Below are positions 1 to 10,767 of a stretch of DNA of 64,000 nt, one piece after another; within the stretch, counting starts at the first letter, position 1, and every line of letters begins with the position of its first letter. The stretch lies in NCBI GenBank assembly GCA_965215365.1, contig CBDCDS010000003.1:256001-320000 (forward strand). The letters are read 5' to 3'. The stretch is from Gammaproteobacteria bacterium. Lineage in GTDB: Bacteria; Pseudomonadota; Gammaproteobacteria; Eutrophobiales; Eutrophobiaceae. A program made the position numbers and the translations under genes. The notes under the pieces were generated by a model. It was not told the DNA's origin. It saw only the letters and a program-made list of their open reading frames with translations, and searched no databases.

Positions 1-167
1 ACCTGCTCAACCAGCTCCAGGTCATAGTACGGCAGGCCACGCTGTATCTTCTCCACCACCTTGTTGTTATCACGGTAGCGCAACAGGCGCTCACTGCGCG
101 GGATGTTATTCAACAAGGCCTGACCTGCTATCGGGTCCGGCAGGTAGGGGATATATTTAACCGGCAT
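1..167 (-). CDS. mod: Type III R-M methyltransferase (Mod) subunit, N-terminus; runs off the window
   Basis: Hand translation from ATG at 167: MPVKYIPYLPDPIAGQALLNNIPRSERLLRYRDNNKVVEKIQRGLPYY. Overlaps the res stop and resembles N-termini of Mod subunits paired with this Res type. Confidence 0.65.
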   Translation of the reverse strand, partial: MPVKYIPYLPDPIAGQALLNNIPRSERLLRYRDNNKVVEKIQRGLPYYDLELVEQ

Positions 168-3090
168 AGGGGTTCTCTGTGGTAAAAAATTCGGTGATGC
201 GTTCACGCAACCGGTTGATAGTCCGGTTCATCCTGCCTCGGCCCTTGACTTCCTCCAGGTACAGAAAATCAAACCGGTCATAGCCGAATTGCCGGTTGTT
301 TTGTTCCAGGAAGCGGGTTTCCACGAAGGTTTTGCGCGCCTGAAATGCCCGATCATCCGCATAACCTCTGCCTTTGGTTTCTATCATCAGCGCCTTGCGT
401 ATAGTTTTTCTGGTTTTGTCCCGTTGTATGATCAGAAAGTCTGTGGTGTAGCGGCCGATGTTCTGCCAGGCATTTCCTTTTTGCTGAAAACACTGGACCA
501 CAAAGCCGGTCAGGCCGCGCTCGCCATTGTAATAAATCTCCAACCGGGAATCCTGGAATCTGTCCCAGGATAGTACTTTTTGCAGCAGTTCCAGTTCAAA
601 GCCGCTGTGGATGAAATTGTATGGCAGGTAGTGAAAGCTCTTGTCACGTTGTTCAACTGCAACGGAATGCTTCTCATCCAGTTGTTGTTCCAGTTGACTG
701 GTGTCCAGGTTCAGGCGTTTGAGGTTCTCAATAGCCCGTTGAATTTCAACTGTATCCTGCTCGGTGCGCGCGGTCGGCGGGTTCTTGTCGAAGCGTAAAA
801 TTTTTTGCGTATCATCTTCATCCGGGTACAGCTTGTCGTTGACGGTCACCGGTATCAGTTTATCCACCAGTAACAGTTGTGCGTGCTCCGGGATAACCTC
901 CTCATGGGTTTCCAGCTCGCGCTTGGGGCTGAAGGCCAGGCGTACCCGGCTTTCGATTGCGGCCCGGTCATATTGTTGATTCCAATACTGAATGCCTTGT
1001 TCGGTCAGAGTCATCGCATAAAAAATGTCGCGTAAACGCCCCCGATGTTCCCTGAACTCGGCGCTGCCGGTCTTGTGAAAACCCGTTTTGGCAAGGTGGT
1101 GCAGCCACTCGTTAAAGCCGACGGGCTGTTCGGCGCGGGCGTCGCTGATGCGCAACCGGCCGCCTTCCAGATCCGCAAAATCTGTGGTGGTGACGGCGGC
1201 GACGTGATGGTAGTCCTCCAGCGAGTCATGCAGCGCCTGCAATTTTTGCGCGGTTTGCGGGGCGTGGTCGTGGACGACGGTGCGGTAGCTTACCTTGAGT
1301 TGAAAAAAATCCAGAGCCGGCAGTTGCAGTTGCTCCACCCGCGCCTGACGTTCTGCTGGCGGTGTGATGTCAGCGCCGGCGGCCTGATTGAGTTCCTGTA
1401 TGGAGGTCTGTTGCTGCTGCCGTAACTGCTGATTCAGGATTTTTGCGTTGCCCTCGTTCAGCCAGATCACCGCTTCTTCTTTTTGTGCAGCCTGCGCGTC
1501 CACCTGACGCAAACAGCGGCAACTGGTTTGCAACACCATGTTGCGCCGACAATCGCCTTGTTGCGACAAGATGATACCGGTGAGGCTGCGGCAGTCCCAG
1601 CCTTCCTTGCCGACCTGGACCAGCAGGATGTAACGCCGCGCGGACGCATGCGGTGCCGCTAAGTCCAGCGAGCGGAACTCCAGCTCCGACCCAGGCGGTT
1701 GCGGGTGCTGCTTGTTGCCGCGGTGAAACTTCAGGATCTCCTGCTCCGGGATACGCAACTCCCCCACCAGAAACGGATAGACCTCGTTTTCCAGTGACGC
1801 GATGTCGCCGCAGTAGATGGCCAGCTTGGCGATAGTCCCATCGGCATAGCGTTGGGCGCCGAATTGCTGCTGAAAATCGGTAACGCCGGCGCGGATGATG
1901 TCCAGCCGGTTGTGCATGTCCTGGGCGATGTTGACCTGCGGCTTTTTCAGGAAGCTGTTAATCGCGCTGAGCAGCGGGTAATAGTAAACCGTGTTGGCAA
2001 TGCGGGAAAATTTAATGTTGACCGAGTCCGTCACTGCAACCCGGTCCGGGCTGCTCAGAAACGGCGTGCCGGAAAAGCCAAGCACCGTGGTGATATTGCC
2101 GCCCTGCTGCCAGTTATTGACCACCTGCCGCAGCTTAATATCGTCGGTGGCGGCATGGTGCACCTCGTCGATCAGCAGCGACAGGTTGGGTATTTTACCC
2201 AGCAGGTTGCGCAACTCGTTGGCAGCGCGATCGCGCTCATCGGCGTTTTTTGCTATCAGCTCCCGGTTGCGTTGCCCGTTGACGTCCAGTCGGTCAAGGA
2301 TGACCTTCTCGGCATTGACTACGAATACGGTCCCGTAAGGGCGCGGGAAACAGCTGTTGACTTTGTGCGCATTGGGGTTCCTGACCCGGTTGCTGCTCCT
2401 GGTCGACTTCTGCTCGTCGAGTATCTCAAATGACAGCTGGCGTTTGATTTGCGCGGCGGCCGGCTGCGGAATGACCCATTCGGGGTTGAAATTCTCTATG
2501 GTTTTCAGGCTGGGCGCGATGGAGGATTTCAGACCGGACGGGATCAGCACCAGGAAATTGTGCGCAAACACGGGATTGTCCGGTTCGTTTTCCGCAAAAT
2601 ACAGGTCCAGGTACATGAGCGCCGCCATGAGGAAGGTCTTGCCGGCACCCATGGGCAGGCTCATCAGGTAGTCCGCGTAATTCACCCCATAGAACATGTC
2701 CTTGATAATGCGCGGGTAATCCAGCGCCGCCGGGTCGTCCTGGATCAGTCGTTCCAGTTCCGGCAATACCGGCGCCGCGTGGGGTTGCTGACCGAGCGCA
2801 AACCCGCACAAGGCCAACGCCGCCGGATGCCGGCGCAGATACTTGCGGGTGTCCTGGCTGACCTTGAGTTGATTCAGGTCGATGTCATCGGTAAAGAAGT
2901 TCTCCGCAAACAGTTGCCAAAGCGGTTTGTTTTCACCTTCGATTTTCAGGTACAGGTAAGTCTCAAGCGCTTCCACCTGCGGTTGACGCAGGTATCTTTG
3001 TGTTCTGATATAAGATAAAAGATTAGAGGCGGGGCAGTTACCGGACCTGAGCCAGTTATTTTTCTTCCTTGCAATTAACTCATTCAGCAT
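157..3090 (-). CDS. res: Type III restriction endonuclease Res subunit (SF2 helicase plus PD-(D/E)XK nuclease)
   Basis: 977 aa. Walker A MGAGKT, DEVHH, SGT and KEGWD helicase motifs; C-terminal YTTDF...IETKG nuclease motif. Confidence 0.85.
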   Translation of the reverse strand: MLNELIARKKNNWLRSGNCPASNLLSYIRTQRYLRQPQVEALETYLYLKIEGENKPLWQLFAENFFTDDIDLNQLKVSQDTRKYLRRHPAALALCGFALGQQPHAAPVLPELERLIQDDPAALDYPRIIKDMFYGVNYADYLMSLPMGAGKTFLMAALMYLDLYFAENEPDNPVFAHNFLVLIPSGLKSSIAPSLKTIENFNPEWVIPQPAAAQIKRQLSFEILDEQKSTRSSNRVRNPNAHKVNSCFPRPYGTVFVVNAEKVILDRLDVNGQRNRELIAKNADERDRAANELRNLLGKIPNLSLLIDEVHHAATDDIKLRQVVNNWQQGGNITTVLGFSGTPFLSSPDRVAVTDSVNIKFSRIANTVYYYPLLSAINSFLKKPQVNIAQDMHNRLDIIRAGVTDFQQQFGAQRYADGTIAKLAIYCGDIASLENEVYPFLVGELRIPEQEILKFHRGNKQHPQPPGSELEFRSLDLAAPHASARRYILLVQVGKEGWDCRSLTGIILSQQGDCRRNMVLQTSCRCLRQVDAQAAQKEEAVIWLNEGNAKILNQQLRQQQQTSIQELNQAAGADITPPAERQARVEQLQLPALDFFQLKVSYRTVVHDHAPQTAQKLQALHDSLEDYHHVAAVTTTDFADLEGGRLRISDARAEQPVGFNEWLHHLAKTGFHKTGSAEFREHRGRLRDIFYAMTLTEQGIQYWNQQYDRAAIESRVRLAFSPKRELETHEEVIPEHAQLLLVDKLIPVTVNDKLYPDEDDTQKILRFDKNPPTARTEQDTVEIQRAIENLKRLNLDTSQLEQQLDEKHSVAVEQRDKSFHYLPYNFIHSGFELELLQKVLSWDRFQDSRLEIYYNGERGLTGFVVQCFQQKGNAWQNIGRYTTDFLIIQRDKTRKTIRKALMIETKGRGYADDRAFQARKTFVETRFLEQNNRQFGYDRFDFLYLEEVKGRGRMNRTINRLRERITEFFTTENPYAG

Positions 3091-3142
3091 GATGTCAAGT
3101 CCGGTTTCGGGGGTGGATGTGTGCTATTATATACCCCCTTAA

Positions 3143-3517
<375 letters not shown>

Positions 3518-3523
3518 CGGGTC

Positions 3524-4576
3524 ATGCGTGCGACCGACGACTTACGTATCACCGCCATCAAGGCCGTGACCCCGCCCACGGAGGTCTGTGAAGAGCTCCC
3601 CATCAGCGCAGCCGCGGCCGAGACCACCTGGCAGGCGCGGCAGGCGATCATCAACCTGCTCAACGGCACCGACCCGCGCCTGCTGGTAGTGGCCGGCCCC
3701 TGTTCCATCCACGATGTGGACGCAGCCAGAGAATATGCCGCGCGGCTGCAAACACTGATTGAAAAACACCGCGCCGAGCTGCTGATCGTGATGCGCGTCT
3801 ATTTTGAGAAACCCCGCACTACCGTAGGCTGGAAGGGGTTGATCAACGACCCCGATTTAGATAACAGTTTCCACATCAACAAGGGTGTGCGTCTGGCCCG
3901 TTCCCTGCTGCTGGACCTGAACGAGCAGGGGGTACCCGCCGGCACCGAGTTTCTGGACATTATCACGCCCCAGTACGTTACCGATCTGGTCAGCTGGGGC
4001 GCCATCGGTGCGCGCACCACGGAAAGTCAGGTGCACCGGGAACTGGCCTCGGGGCTGTCCTGCCCGGTCGGGTTCAAGAACGGCACCAACGGTTCTGTGA
4101 AGATCGCCGTGGATGCCATTCGTGCAGCCGCGGTTCCCCACCACTTCCTGTCTATGCGCAAGGAGGGTAATTCGGCGATTTACACCACCACCGGCAATAC
4201 CGCCTGTCACCTGATCCTGCGCGGCGGCAAACAGCCCAATTTCGACTGCGCCAGCATTGACGCGGCCGCCGCTAAGCTCACCGCGGCCGAGCTCCCGGCC
4301 CGCATCATGGTGGACTTCAGCCATGCCAACAGCCGCAAAGAACACAAAAACCAACTGCTGGTCGGCGCTGATATAGGCCGGCAACTGCGTGACGGCGAGC
4401 GCCGGATCTTCGGCGTGATGATAGAGAGCCACTTGCAGGAAGGCCGCCAAGATGTAACGCCCGGGCAGGCACCGGAGTACGGCCGCAGCATCACCGACGC
4501 CTGCCTGGGCTGGGACGATACCGAGGCGCTGCTCGAGGAGCTGGCGGCGGCGGCCAAAGCCCGTCGCTTACTGTAG
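3524..4576 (+). CDS. aroG: 3-deoxy-7-phosphoheptulonate (DAHP) synthase, class I-alpha
   Basis: GPCSIHD, RVYFEKPRT, IGARTTESQVHR, DFSHANS motifs. Confidence 0.93.
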   Translation: MRATDDLRITAIKAVTPPTEVCEELPISAAAAETTWQARQAIINLLNGTDPRLLVVAGPCSIHDVDAAREYAARLQTLIEKHRAELLIVMRVYFEKPRTTVGWKGLINDPDLDNSFHINKGVRLARSLLLDLNEQGVPAGTEFLDIITPQYVTDLVSWGAIGARTTESQVHRELASGLSCPVGFKNGTNGSVKIAVDAIRAAAVPHHFLSMRKEGNSAIYTTTGNTACHLILRGGKQPNFDCASIDAAAAKLTAAELPARIMVDFSHANSRKEHKNQLLVGADIGRQLRDGERRIFGVMIESHLQEGRQDVTPGQAPEYGRSITDACLGWDDTEALLEELAAAAKARRLL

Positions 4577-4590
4577 CAAGGTATGAAAAA

Positions 4591-6162
4591 ATGATTAACA
4601 GACGCGCATTTCTCCAATTCATGGGTAGAACCGCAGTGGTGACGGCCGGCGCCCGTCCGGCCTTGTCGCTGGCTACCAGCCCGCCCCCGTTCCTGCCTGT
4701 TGCGCCCACTATGGACGATGAGGTCATCCTGGCCGACGGTCTGGGCTATGATATTCTGGTTTCCTGGGGCGACCCGCTCAACAGCAGCGGTGAGCGTTTC
4801 GGGTTCAATAACGACTATACCGCCTTCTTCCCGCTGGCCGGCAATCCCGGCGACGGTCTGTTATGGGTAAACCACGAAGAAGTGCTGTCCGGCTATTTTG
4901 CTTCACCGCGCGAGCCGGCGCAGAAAACGCGCGCGGATATTGACCGGGAAGTCCTGGAAGTGGGCGGCAGCATCGTCAGGATCAATCACAAAGACGGCCG
5001 TTGGCGCCTGCTCCAGGATGATCGCTACAACCGTCGCCTTGACGCCACCACAACCATTCCGTTCATCAGCGCCGCGCCCGTGGCCGGGGCTGATGCCGCT
5101 GTCGGCACCCTGGGCAACTGCGCCGGTGGCGTGACCCCCTGGCAGACGTTACTGACCTGTGAAGAGAACTTCCACCTGTTTTACGGTGACGTCAGCTTCG
5201 ACAGCGGCCGGCGCGTGCATAAAAAGGACAGTGTTATCGGCTGGGAACGTTATTTTGAACGCCCGCCGGAGCATTACGGCTGGGTCGTGGAGGTCGATCC
5301 GTTCACCGGCGCGGCGCACAAACTTACCGCCCTGGGGCGCTTCGCCCACGAAGGGGCGACCGTCACCCGGGCGCGGGACGGCCGCGCGGTCGTCTATATG
5401 GGAGACGACAAAACCGATGAGCACATCTACAAGTTCATCGGCGCCGAACCTGATTCTTTGAGTAACGGCGTGCTGTACGTGGCGGACACCCGTAGCGGAC
5501 ACTGGCTACCCCTGGCCCTGGACCAGGATGAACGGCTGCAAGCCGCGTTCAAGACCCAGACGGAACTGCTGATCCGCACCCGGGAAGCGGCGAAACTGGT
5601 TGGCGCCACCCCCCAGGACCGCCCCGAAGACATAGAGCTGGACCCGCTCACGGGCGCTGTGCTGATCGCCCTGACCAAGCACCCGCAGCGGCCCTATGGT
5701 TCCATCCTGAAACTGGAGGAACAGAATAATGACCCGGGCGCGACAACCTTCCGGGCCAGCACTTTTCTGGCCGGCGGCCCACGTAACGGTTTTGCCTGCC
5801 CGGACAACCTGGTGTTCGACCCGCGCGGCAACCTCTGGTTCTGCACCGATGTCTCCTCCCGTGAGCTCTACCAACCACCCTATGAGCCGTTCAAGAACAA
5901 TGGTCTGTTCTATGTGCCCATGTCCGGTACCGGCGCCGGCTTCCCCTGGCAGGTGGCCTCGGCCCCGCCCGGCGCGGAGTTCACCGGTCCCACGTTCAGT
6001 CCGGACGGGCGTACCTTGTTCCTGTCGGTGCAGCACCCCGGGGAAAACTCGCCATCCGCGCACACACTGAGCAGCCATTGGCCGGACGGCGGCGCAGCCC
6101 TGCCCCGGCCCAGCGTGATCGGTATCAGCGGCCCGTTGCTGGATGAGTTGACGGCAGTGTGA
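4591..6162 (+). CDS. phoX: PhoX family alkaline phosphatase, Tat-exported
   Basis: NRRAFL Tat signal; NCAGGVTPW, CEEN, GRFAHE, DRPED, PDNL, EFTG, VQHPGE motifs. Confidence 0.9.
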   Translation: MINRRAFLQFMGRTAVVTAGARPALSLATSPPPFLPVAPTMDDEVILADGLGYDILVSWGDPLNSSGERFGFNNDYTAFFPLAGNPGDGLLWVNHEEVLSGYFASPREPAQKTRADIDREVLEVGGSIVRINHKDGRWRLLQDDRYNRRLDATTTIPFISAAPVAGADAAVGTLGNCAGGVTPWQTLLTCEENFHLFYGDVSFDSGRRVHKKDSVIGWERYFERPPEHYGWVVEVDPFTGAAHKLTALGRFAHEGATVTRARDGRAVVYMGDDKTDEHIYKFIGAEPDSLSNGVLYVADTRSGHWLPLALDQDERLQAAFKTQTELLIRTREAAKLVGATPQDRPEDIELDPLTGAVLIALTKHPQRPYGSILKLEEQNNDPGATTFRASTFLAGGPRNGFACPDNLVFDPRGNLWFCTDVSSRELYQPPYEPFKNNGLFYVPMSGTGAGFPWQVASAPPGAEFTGPTFSPDGRTLFLSVQHPGENSPSAHTLSSHWPDGGAALPRPSVIGISGPLLDELTAV

Positions 6163-6234
6163 CAAGCGGGGGTCTGTAGCAATGAGAGGGCGTAGAATTT
6201 TATTCTGAGCCCGAATCGTTGTTATGCTCATGCC

Positions 6235-6567
6235 ATGCCCGTCATCAACAAGCCAAAGAAATTTCCCCTGCTGATAACGCTGCTGCTGGCACTGGTCGCG
6301 GCGAACGCGGCAGGGGCGGAGCAAGACCCCGAACACGCCTATTACCGCCTGATCATTGCCACCTGTTATACCTGCCACAGCAGCGAAAACGACGGGCCCG
6401 ACGCCATCCCCGGCCTGCATGGACAGTCGGCCACCGAGCTCAGGGACAAGTTGCTGGCATATAAAAACGACCGTGAGCAGGGCACCATGATGAACCGCGT
6501 CAGCAAAGCACTGACGGATACCGAGATTGACCGCATCAGCGCCATCTTGGGCCGCCCACAACAATGA
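6235..6567 (+). CDS. fccA: Monoheme cytochrome c subunit of flavocytochrome c sulfide dehydrogenase
   Basis: Signal peptide, CYTCH heme motif, GTMMNRVSK; directly upstream of fccB. Confidence 0.8.
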   Translation: MPVINKPKKFPLLITLLLALVAANAAGAEQDPEHAYYRLIIATCYTCHSSENDGPDAIPGLHGQSATELRDKLLAYKNDREQGTMMNRVSKALTDTEIDRISAILGRPQQ

Positions 6568-6595
6568 TACGCCACATTCACAAGACGAGGCTGAC

Positions 6596-7891
6596 ATGGC
6601 GCTGACGCGCCGCAACTTTGTGACCGGCGCCACGCTGGCGGGCGCCGCCGCCCTGGGCGGCGGTCTGCTGCCGGCCTGCTCGCGACCGCCCGGTGCCGGC
6701 GCGCCGCGGGTGGTGGTCGTCGGCGGGGGGTACGGCGGCGCCACCTGCGCCAAGTATCTGCGCCAGCTTGACCCGGCTGTCCACGTTACCCTGGTGGTAG
6801 CCCAGGCGCGCTATTACACCTGTCCGTTCAGTAATCCGGTACTGGCCGGCCTGCGCGACCTAGAGACTACCGCCCGAGGCTATGATGAGCTAAAAAATCG
6901 CTACGGCGTTCATGTGCTCCGGGCCACCGCCAGTGCCATCGACCCGGACCAACACACCGTCACCCTTGCCGACGGGACGGTGCTGCGCTACCAGCGGCTG
7001 GTACTCTCCCCCGGTATCAGCTTGCGCTGGAACCACATCATCTCCGGCTACGATGAAGCAGCCAGCCGGGTCATGCCCCATGCCTGGCACGGCGGCGAAC
7101 AGTTACTGCTGTTACAGCAGCAGTTGCGCGCCATGCGGCGCGGCGGCGTGTTTGCCATTGTAGTTCCCGGCGCCCCGTTCCGCTGTCCGCCCGGCCCTTA
7201 TGAACGCGCCAGCCTGGTGGCGCATTATCTCAAGCACGCCAACCCGCGCGCCAAGGTGTTGTTGCTGGATGCCAACGAACACTTCTCCAAGCAGGATCTG
7301 TTTGAAGAGGCCTGGGATGCGCGGTATCCGGGCCTGATCGAGCATGTCCCGATCTCGGCCGGCGGGCTGGTGCGCGCGGTGGCTCCAAAGCGCATGACTC
7401 TGCAGGCCGAGGCCGGAGAATTCAAGGTGGATGTGGCCAACGTCATCCCGTTCCAGCAGGCGGGCGGTCTGGCCGTCGAGCACGGTCTGGCCGACGAGCG
7501 CGGCTGGTGCCCGGTGGACCACCAGACTTTTGCGTCCACACTGGTCCCGGACATTCACGTGCTGGGGGACAGTTGCCTGGCCGGCAGTATGCCGAAGTCG
7601 GCCTCCTCCGCCAACAGTCAGGCCAAAGTATGCAGCCTGGCAATCGTGTCGCTGTTGCGCGATCGGGAACCCGGTGCCATGTTGTATCATAATACCTGCT
7701 ACAGTCTGGTGGCGCCGGACTACGGTTTTTCCATCAACGCCATGTACCGTTATGAAGACAACCGGATAAAACTGGTGCAGCGCGCCGGCGGGCTGAGTCC
7801 GCTGCAAGCTACGCCGGAGTATCGGGCGCGGGAAGCAAATTACGCCCGCAGCTGGTACGACAGCATCAACCGGGACAGCTTTGGGGTATAA
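6596..7891 (+). CDS. fccB: Flavocytochrome c sulfide dehydrogenase flavoprotein (FccB/SoxF)
   Basis: Tat signal TRRNF, VVVVGGGYGG FAD motif, CPFSN, RCPPGPYER, MPKSASSAN, NTCYS. Start set at ATG 6596 after GAGG. Confidence 0.9.
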   Translation: MALTRRNFVTGATLAGAAALGGGLLPACSRPPGAGAPRVVVVGGGYGGATCAKYLRQLDPAVHVTLVVAQARYYTCPFSNPVLAGLRDLETTARGYDELKNRYGVHVLRATASAIDPDQHTVTLADGTVLRYQRLVLSPGISLRWNHIISGYDEAASRVMPHAWHGGEQLLLLQQQLRAMRRGGVFAIVVPGAPFRCPPGPYERASLVAHYLKHANPRAKVLLLDANEHFSKQDLFEEAWDARYPGLIEHVPISAGGLVRAVAPKRMTLQAEAGEFKVDVANVIPFQQAGGLAVEHGLADERGWCPVDHQTFASTLVPDIHVLGDSCLAGSMPKSASSANSQAKVCSLAIVSLLRDREPGAMLYHNTCYSLVAPDYGFSINAMYRYEDNRIKLVQRAGGLSPLQATPEYRAREANYARSWYDSINRDSFGV

Positions 7892-7919
7892 TCCGGCGCC
7901 TGATGACAATGACCTTGAC

Positions 7920-9032
7920 ATGTTTCAACTCACAGACGATTTACGCATAGCCGAACTGCGCCCGCTGGTGGCGCCGGCCATCCTCATGGAGGAGTTACCG
8001 CTCAGCGAACAGGTATCCAATCTGGTAGCCAAAACCCGGGGGGCGGCGAGTCATATCATCCGCGGGGATGATGAGCGGCTGCTGGTGATTGTCGGCCCCT
8101 GCTCCATACACGACCCGGAGGCGGCACTGGAGTATGCCACGCGGTTGGCTGTCGCCGCCGCGCGTTGGCAGGACGACCTGCTGATTATCATGCGCGTCTA
8201 TTTTGAAAAACCGCGCACCCGGGTAGGCTGGAAAGGCCTGATTAACGACCCCAACCTAGATAACAGTTTCAGCATCAACACCGGCCTGCGTAGCGCTCGC
8301 AAGTTGCTGCTTGACTTGGGCCATATCGGCATCCCTGCGGGTTCGGAGTTCCTCGATACGATCACGCCGCAATTTATTGCCGATCTGGTGTCTTGGGGCG
8401 CCATCGGCGCGCGCACCACGGAAAGCCAGGTGCACCGCGAGCTGGCCTCTGGCCTGTCCATGCCGGTGGGCTTCAAGAACGGCACCGACGGCAACATACA
8501 GATCGCCATTGACGCCATCGCCGCCGCGCAAAGCCCGCACCATTTCCTGTCGGTAACGAAACAAGGCATTTCCGCCATCGTTTCGACCCGGGGCAACGAT
8601 TGTTGCCACCTGATATTGCGCGGCGCCTCCCATGGTCCCAACTATGCGGCTGCGGACCTTGCAGCTGCCGCCAAAAAGTTGCACGACGCTAACGTCACCG
8701 CGCGGGTGATGGTGGATTGCAGCCACGGCAACAGCAACAAGGACCACGAGCGCCAACTGCTAGTCGCAGAAGACCTCTGCCGGCAGCTGGCGCAGGGTTC
8801 AAGACATATTTGCGGCGTGATGATCGAGAGCAATCTGAACGCCGGCAAGCAGGCTCTCAAGGATGCGGCGACGCTGGAGTACGGCGTGAGCATCACCGAT
8901 GCCTGCATATCCTGGGAAATGACCGAACCGTTATTGGAATCTCTGGCCGATGCGGTGCGGCAGCGGCGGGTTAACCACACACTACCGGTAATGATGATGG
9001 ACGTTTACCGGCACCGCCGAGCCCATGTCTGA
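7920..9032 (+). CDS. Second DAHP synthase, class I-alpha paralog
   Basis: GPCSIHD, RVYFEKPRT, IGARTTESQVHR, DCSHGNS motifs. Confidence 0.92.
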   Translation: MFQLTDDLRIAELRPLVAPAILMEELPLSEQVSNLVAKTRGAASHIIRGDDERLLVIVGPCSIHDPEAALEYATRLAVAAARWQDDLLIIMRVYFEKPRTRVGWKGLINDPNLDNSFSINTGLRSARKLLLDLGHIGIPAGSEFLDTITPQFIADLVSWGAIGARTTESQVHRELASGLSMPVGFKNGTDGNIQIAIDAIAAAQSPHHFLSVTKQGISAIVSTRGNDCCHLILRGASHGPNYAAADLAAAAKKLHDANVTARVMVDCSHGNSNKDHERQLLVAEDLCRQLAQGSRHICGVMIESNLNAGKQALKDAATLEYGVSITDACISWEMTEPLLESLADAVRQRRVNHTLPVMMMDVYRHRRAHV

Positions 9033-9285
9033 GCCCAACACCGGTTACGACCACTACCTAGACGCCAAGGGTCTGAACTGTCCGTTGCCGGTGCTCAAGA
9101 CCAAGCTGGCCCTGAACCGGATGCAACCCGGCCAAATCCTGTTCGTGGAAGCAACCGACCCCCATTCGGTCATTGATTTTGAAGCCTACTGCGCCCGCAC
9201 CGGCCATAACATCCTGCGCATAGACGAGGGTGAAGAGGTCATCGGTTTTACCATCAGCCGGGCCGAAAATCCGCGCAAAATCTGA
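9025..9285 (+). CDS. tusA: TusA/SirA family sulfur carrier protein
   Basis: LDAKGLNCPLPVLK...ATDP motif. Confidence 0.85.
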   Translation: MSEPNTGYDHYLDAKGLNCPLPVLKTKLALNRMQPGQILFVEATDPHSVIDFEAYCARTGHNILRIDEGEEVIGFTISRAENPRKI

Positions 9286-9382
9286 CGAGGGGGCGAGTAG
9301 TTACGAACCTAGACACCAAACTTGCGGGTGCGTCGGCGATCTGCTAGACTTGCCACTCTTGTGTAACCTGTCAAGGAGCACT

Positions 9383-10678
9383 ATGACCACGCCGTTCCCG
9401 CATGATTTCAGTGACGAACGCTACTGCAAGGCCTTAAAGGGGTTATTCAAAGCCGGCACCGGCGTGACCCCACCCAAGCTCGCCGGGCGCGACGCCGAGG
9501 CCGAGCTCGCCGCCGATGTGCTGTTAGGCCCCTTAGCGGGCCGCAACCCCCCGGCGCGCGATCTGGTGCTCTTCGGGCCGCGCGGCAACGGCAAGACGGT
9601 GTTGCTCACTGATCTCGAGCGGCGCGCGGCGCGCGCCGGGATTGGCGTGCTCTCGTTGCGCCCACGCGCGCTCAAAACCCCAGCGGCACTCGCCGCCGTG
9701 TTGCTCAGGCCCGCCTCGACCACTGAGGATTCACAAGATAAGCCGGGCTTAGCCACGCGCACCGCCACTAAAGCCCTCGACACCGCCGAACGCGCCTCGG
9801 GCCAGCCGCTCAGCGTGGACAATGCCAGCGTCGGCGCGAGCGGCCTCGGCACGGTGTCATTGAGCGTCCCCGACTCCGATGCGCTCATGGTTGAGCTGGC
9901 CGAGCGGTTAACGAAGCGCTGTCGCGCACAACCGCTGTTGGTCACCGTGGACGAAGCCCATACGCTCGATATCGAGACCGGCGCTGATCTGCTCAACCTC
10001 AGTGAGGAGCTGCGGCGCAAAGATGTCCCGTTTGTCCTGATCTTAGCTGGTACACCGAACCTCGAGGCGCATTTGCGGCGTATGAACTCCACCTTCTGGA
10101 GTCGCTCTGAGATCGCGCCCATTGGCCGGTTGAGCACTGAGGCCACCGCACAGGCCTTAACCGAGCCGCTCGCTGGTTACTCGGTATCCATCGAGCCCGA
10201 TGCCTTGGCTAAGGTGGTGGATGACTCACAGTGTTATCCGTATTTCATTCAGCTCTGGGGCGAGGCTTTGTGTCGTGCCTTAGTCGAGCAGGTCGCCGGC
10301 CACACGGTGACCTTGGGTCTCGTCGAGCGGGTCGCCCCCGAGGTCGCCGCGCGCCGCGAACGTTATTACGGGGAGCGGTATCAGGAGCTCGAAGAGCGTG
10401 GCCTGCTCGAGGCCGCGGCGCTCGTCGCCGGCTGTTTCGAGAAGTCCGAGCAGGTGCATAAAGCGACGCTGCGTGCGGCGTTAGGTGAGGAGCTCGGCTT
10501 AGACGCCCAGCCGGCCACGGCGGCGCTCGATGAGATGGCGGCGTTAGGCTATCTCTGGCGCAAGAACACGGCGAATGATTTGTTCGAGCCCGGTATTCCG
10601 TCGCTCATGACCCATGTACAGGAACGATTGCAAGCTACCGTCGATAGGGACACGGCACCAGCAGGGACGCGGCCTTAG
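9383..10678 (+). CDS. STAND/AAA-like (AAA_16/archaeal-type) ATPase with probable C-terminal winged helix, copy 1 (divergent allele)
   Basis: AAGGAG RBS; LAGRD, Walker A GPRGNGKT, Walker B VTVDEAH, YPYFIQL. Confidence 0.85.
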   Translation: MTTPFPHDFSDERYCKALKGLFKAGTGVTPPKLAGRDAEAELAADVLLGPLAGRNPPARDLVLFGPRGNGKTVLLTDLERRAARAGIGVLSLRPRALKTPAALAAVLLRPASTTEDSQDKPGLATRTATKALDTAERASGQPLSVDNASVGASGLGTVSLSVPDSDALMVELAERLTKRCRAQPLLVTVDEAHTLDIETGADLLNLSEELRRKDVPFVLILAGTPNLEAHLRRMNSTFWSRSEIAPIGRLSTEATAQALTEPLAGYSVSIEPDALAKVVDDSQCYPYFIQLWGEALCRALVEQVAGHTVTLGLVERVAPEVAARRERYYGERYQELEERGLLEAAALVAGCFEKSEQVHKATLRAALGEELGLDAQPATAALDEMAALGYLWRKNTANDLFEPGIPSLMTHVQERLQATVDRDTAPAGTRP

Positions 10679-10767
10679 CCCGCATATCTCACCAAGTGAT
10701 GCGAAGATCGCGCCGGATTTGTGATGCGCCCCTTCCCTGGGGCGCACCCTGCGGACATCCAAATTCC

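Noticed and set aside
5506-6753. Long antisense or alternate-frame ORFs (e.g. 5506-6753, 18757-19980, 32242-33273, 47975-49267, 57964-59070)
   Set aside because: They shadow well-supported genes in GC-rich DNA and have no recognisable motifs.
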